Assembly (NCBI GenBank): GCA_018672055.1
Contig: JABHGM010000001.1
Location: 573,494 to 606,976 of the forward strand
DNA from: a bacterium
Lineage (GTDB): Bacteria; Patescibacteriota; Patescibacteriia; UBA1558; UBA10009
Reading direction: 5' to 3'
Length of the DNA stretch: 33,483 bases
Positions 30,139 to 33,483 of the stretch are shown here, one piece after another; position 1 is the stretch's first letter, and every line of letters starts with the position of its first letter. The notes below the pieces were generated by a model. That model was not told where the DNA came from and made no database searches. It was given only the letters and a program-made list of their open reading frames with translations. A program made the position numbers and the translations under genes.

Positions 30139-31137
30139 ATGAAAATATTAGTAACTGGTGGCGCAGGTTTTGCTGCCTCAAATTTTATTAGACAAACCTT
30201 AAAGAAGTATCCTGATTACAAGGTTATAAACTTGGATAAGTTAACTTATGCCGGTAATCTTAATAATCTAAAAGATATTGAAGGTAATGCTAATTACAAG
30301 TTCATAAAAGGTGATATTGCTGATAAACGTATGGTTGATAAGGTAATGCGTAATGAAAATATAGATGTCATTATTAATTATGCTGCTGAAACTCATGTAG
30401 ATAGATCTATTTTAGATCCTGATGCTTTTATTAGAACCGATGTAATAGGTACATATAATTTATTAGAAGCAGTTAAAGAGTTTAAAATTGGTAAATATAT
30501 TCAAATTAGTACTGATGAAGTATTTGGTAGTATAAAGCGTGGTAAGTTTAAAGAAGATTCATCTTTTAAACCAAATAGTCCATATAGTGCTTCTAAAGCT
30601 TCAGGTGATCTATTATGCAGATCATATATTAAAACATATGATTTACCTATTATAATAACTCATTCATGTAATTTCTATGGTCCATATCAGTATCCTGAAA
30701 AGCTAATTCCATTATTTATTACTAATTTAATTGAGAATAAGAAAGTACCATTATATGGTGATGGTAAAAACGTTAGAGAATGGATATATGTTTTAGATCA
30801 TTGTAGAGCAATTGATTTCTTATTACATAAAGGAAAACTTGGTGAAGTATATAATATAGGGTCAGGTGTAGAAAAAAAGAATATTGAAATTACTAAGCTT
30901 ATTTTAAAAGAATTAGGTCTTGGCGATGAAAGAATTAAAAAAGTAAAGGATAGGGCAGGGCATGATTGGCGTTATGCTGTTGATAGTACTAAGCTTAGAA
31001 AATTAGGTTGGAGCGCAGAATATGATTTTGATGATGCTATACGTGAAACAATACGTTGGTATCAGAATAATGATTGGTGGTGGAAACCTATTAAAAGTGG
31101 AGAATATTTAGAATATTATAAGAAACAATATAAATAA
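30139..31137 (+). CDS. rmlB: dTDP-glucose 4,6-dehydratase
   Basis: LDKLTYAGN, AAETHVDRSI, STDEVFG, PNSPYSASKA, YQYPEKLIP, DRAGHD.RY. Confidence 0.96.
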   Translation: MKILVTGGAGFAASNFIRQTLKKYPDYKVINLDKLTYAGNLNNLKDIEGNANYKFIKGDIADKRMVDKVMRNENIDVIINYAAETHVDRSILDPDAFIRTDVIGTYNLLEAVKEFKIGKYIQISTDEVFGSIKRGKFKEDSSFKPNSPYSASKASGDLLCRSYIKTYDLPIIITHSCNFYGPYQYPEKLIPLFITNLIENKKVPLYGDGKNVREWIYVLDHCRAIDFLLHKGKLGEVYNIGSGVEKKNIEITKLILKELGLGDERIKKVKDRAGHDWRYAVDSTKLRKLGWSAEYDFDDAIRETIRWYQNNDWWWKPIKSGEYLEYYKKQYK

Positions 31138-31138
31138 T

Positions 31139-31981
31139 ATGAGATTACTTATTTTTGGAGCAGGGGGAATGCTTGGACACGATTTAGTAAATGCTTTTAG
31201 TGACGAAGATATTTTTGTGGCTGATTTACCTGAGTGGGATATAACAGCAGATTATGAAACTCTAAAAAATAAAATATCTGAAGTAAAGCCAGAAGTAATT
31301 ATTAACGCAGCAGCTTTTACGGATGTTGAAGGAGCTGAAGAAAAAAAAGATATTTGTTTTAAAGTAAATGCTGAGGCTGTTACTTCATTATCTAAAATAT
31401 GTAAAGAGCTAGATATATTACTTGTACATATTAGTACTGAATATGTATTTGATGGTTTAAAACAAGAAGGTTATAATGAAGAAGATGTTACTAAAGCTAT
31501 AAACATATATGGTCAGAGTAAAGAGCAAGGAGAAAAGAATTTAATTGAGAATGGTGATAAATATTATTTAGTTAGATCATCTTGGTTATTTGGTAAAGCT
31601 CCTCAACAAGGTAAGCCTCGTGGTCTTAACTTTATTGAAAAGATGATAGAATTAAGTAAAACACAAAGTTCCATAAATGTAGTTAATGATCAATTTGGTA
31701 AACCAACCTTTACAAAAGATTTAGCACATGGTATTAAAGAGCTAATTAAAGCTAAAAAAGAATATGGTATTTACCATATAATAAATGAGGGCAGTGTAAG
31801 TTGGCATGATTTAGCAAAGGAAACATTTAAGTTAATGGGCTTAGAAGTTGATTTAAAGCCTATTTCATATAAAGAGTATGATTCTCAAATAGAAAGACCT
31901 ACCAATTCAGTATTAAATAATAATAAATTAAATAAACTTAGAACTTGGCAAGAAGCTCTTGCTGAATATATTAAACTATAA
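31139..31981 (+). CDS. rmlD: dTDP-4-dehydrorhamnose reductase
   Basis: GAGGMLG, INAAAFTDV, HISTEYVFDG, YGQSK, VVNDQFGKPT. Confidence 0.95.
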   Translation: MRLLIFGAGGMLGHDLVNAFSDEDIFVADLPEWDITADYETLKNKISEVKPEVIINAAAFTDVEGAEEKKDICFKVNAEAVTSLSKICKELDILLVHISTEYVFDGLKQEGYNEEDVTKAINIYGQSKEQGEKNLIENGDKYYLVRSSWLFGKAPQQGKPRGLNFIEKMIELSKTQSSINVVNDQFGKPTFTKDLAHGIKELIKAKKEYGIYHIINEGSVSWHDLAKETFKLMGLEVDLKPISYKEYDSQIERPTNSVLNNNKLNKLRTWQEALAEYIKL

Positions 31982-31985
31982 TTAT

Positions 31986-32711
31986 ATGAGAGGTATTATA
32001 TTATCAGGCGGACACGCAACTAGACTTAGACCGTGTACTAAAGTAACTAGTAAACAACTATTACCAGTATATAATAGACCAATGATCTATTATCCACTAA
32101 ACACTTTAATTAAAGCTGGTATTAAAGAAATACTTATTATCGTTGCTCCAGAACAAGCAGGTGATTATTTAAATTTATTAGGTTCTGGTGAAGAGATGGG
32201 TGTAAAATTCACTTATGAAATTCAAGATGAACCTAAAGGCCTAGCTCAAGCTTTTATTCTAGCTGAGAATTTTATTGATAAGGAAGATGTAGTAATGATA
32301 CTCGGAGATAATATATTTGAAGATGATTTAAGTAATGAAATAAATAGTTTTAAAAAAGGTGGTAAAATATTTGCTAAAGAAGTAAGTGATCCAGAAAGAT
32401 TTGGAATTGTAGAATTTGATGAGAATAATAAAGTAATATCTATTGAAGAAAAACCAGCTAAACCAAAAAGTAATTACTGTGTAACTGGATTATATATTTA
32501 TGATAATAAAGTAGTTCAAATGGCTAAGAACTTAAAACCATCAGCTAGAGGTGAAATAGAAATAACTGATATTAATAATGAGTATTTGAAATTAAATGAA
32601 TTAGAAGTTGCTATGGTTGAAGGCGAATGGATTGATGCCGGAACATTTGATAGTTTATTAAAAGCTCAGAATCTTGCTAAAGAACGATTACAAGAGAAAT
32701 TAGTAATATAA
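31986..32711 (+). CDS. rmlA: glucose-1-phosphate thymidylyltransferase (short form)
   Basis: MRGIILSGGHATRLRP, SKQLLPVY, GLAQAF, LGDN, EEKP, SARGEIEITD, WIDAGT; the ATG at 31986 is preferred over the track's 31959 start. Confidence 0.93.
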   Translation: MRGIILSGGHATRLRPCTKVTSKQLLPVYNRPMIYYPLNTLIKAGIKEILIIVAPEQAGDYLNLLGSGEEMGVKFTYEIQDEPKGLAQAFILAENFIDKEDVVMILGDNIFEDDLSNEINSFKKGGKIFAKEVSDPERFGIVEFDENNKVISIEEKPAKPKSNYCVTGLYIYDNKVVQMAKNLKPSARGEIEITDINNEYLKLNELEVAMVEGEWIDAGTFDSLLKAQNLAKERLQEKLVI

Positions 32712-32719
32712 CTTTAAAT

Positions 32720-32747
32720 AAAAAAAGCGTTGAGTTCAACGCTTTTT
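32720..32747. terminator. bidirectional intrinsic terminator
   Basis: aaaaagcgttga-gt-tcaacgcttttt between convergent genes. Confidence 0.9.
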
Positions 32748-32767
32748 AGTTTTATACAATTTGTGTA

Positions 32768-32899
32768 TTAGCGAGTTTGTGTATATGGACTGATCTCTTT
32801 TAATATTTCTGTTTTTTCTGATCCACATTCTTTACATGATTCATGTTCGTCTGCAGACATCCAAACTTTGTTACATTCACCACATTTTAGTTTATACAT
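32768..32899 (-). CDS. 43-aa zinc-ribbon protein (not in ORF track)
   Basis: SD aaggag; MYKLKCGECNKVWMSADEHESCKECGSEKTEILKEISPYTQTR with two CxxC. Confidence 0.75.
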   Translation of the reverse strand: MYKLKCGECNKVWMSADEHESCKECGSEKTEILKEISPYTQTR

Positions 32900-33093
32900 G
32901 TTCAAGTCTCCTTAGTTATATATATTATTAAAACTGTTTAAGTAGATTTTAATAATATCTTCGTTGCATGTATGAGTTAAGATGAATTAGTCTTTTTTGA
33001 TTTTCCTCCTCAATTTTTTTAATGAAAGGAAGAGCTAATTTTTTTTGTCTTTTCTTTTTTTACTCACTTTTTCTCCTAATTAATATAGATTTC

Positions 33094-33122
33094 ATACTAA
33101 TTTATATTATCAAATATGTCAA
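33094..33122 (-). promoter_or_regulatory. sigma70 promoter
   Basis: Minus strand TTGACA (33122-33117), 17-nt spacer, TAGTAT (33099-33094). Confidence 0.6.
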
Positions 33123-33124
33123 AT

Positions 33125-33150
33125 AAAAAAAGAGCTGAGGGGACAGCTCT
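33125..33150 (-). terminator. intrinsic terminator of the 60-aa gene
   Basis: agagctg-tcccct-cagctct followed by a T run on the minus strand. Confidence 0.8.
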
Positions 33151-33332
33151 TAACATATAATTATTTTCATACTTTCATCAGCTGGCGTAGCTTTAGGTTC
33201 ATCGGTAGTCTTTTCTTTACCACTTACTATATCATTAAATAATTTAACTCTTTTTTTTGCTTCAGGATGTCCTTTTGATGGGTATAGTAAACCAAATAAT
33301 ACGTATCTTCGTATTTCATTTTGTCGATTCAT
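33150..33332 (-). CDS. small hypothetical protein
   Basis: Strong SD aggagg 5 nt before ATG; terminator directly after the stop. Confidence 0.7.
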   Translation of the reverse strand: MNRQNEIRRYVLFGLLYPSKGHPEAKKRVKLFNDIVSGKEKTTDEPKATPADESMKIIIC

Positions 33333-33341
33333 TATTTCCTC

Positions 33342-33482
33342 CTATTGGATTTCTACAGTATAAAATCCAGTTATGTTATTTTGTTCAGTTAATAAATATA
33401 GTTTATCTCCTTTTTTATCTATAAATAAATTATAATCATTTAATTCTAAAAAATCAATTATATTTCTTTTATCTCTACTATC
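33342..33482 (-). CDS. 3' end of a hypothetical protein entering from the window edge
   Basis: Open frame DSRDKRNIIDFLELNDYNLFIDKKGDKLYLLTEQNNITGFYTVEIQ, TAG overlapping the next SD. Confidence 0.55.
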   Translation of the reverse strand, partial: DSRDKRNIIDFLELNDYNLFIDKKGDKLYLLTEQNNITGFYTVEIQ

Positions 33483-33483
33483 A

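Noticed and set aside
31959-31985. Longer N-terminus for rmlA from the ORF track
   Set aside because: Overlaps rmlD; the family-typical start MRGIIL begins at ATG 31986

Overview
AT-rich bacterial window read in the standard genetic code (TGA is used as a stop). It is dominated by a surface-glycan locus: ugd, uxs plus a degenerate uxs paralog, another SDR epimerase, rmlB-rmlD-rmlA and a displaced rmlC-like gene, GT2 and GT4 glycosyltransferases, a GT2/DUF2304 pair, two GT-C-like membrane proteins and a methyltransferase. Interleaved are SAM-cycle and nucleotide-salvage genes (metK, ahcY, adenosine-kinase-like PfkB, HIT, yjjX). Gene content, compactness and SD-less starts suggest Patescibacteria/CPR, which is an inference. 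The most striking feature (13424-19782) is two tandem minus-strand cassettes. Each has a near-identical sigma70 promoter, a ~175-nt double-hairpin leader and an identical 62-bp terminator block, and encodes a large acidic secreted protein. The two proteins have different Ig-like N-termini and share a dockerin + cohesin-like + T9SS/FlgD-like C-terminal tail. A second small insert (28586-30134: ATP-grasp, hypothetical, Zn-ribbon) is punctuated by three near-copies of the palindrome TACTTTTAAAAGTA, two of which form inverted repeats around the Zn-ribbon gene. No rRNA, tRNA, CRISPR array or transposase was seen.
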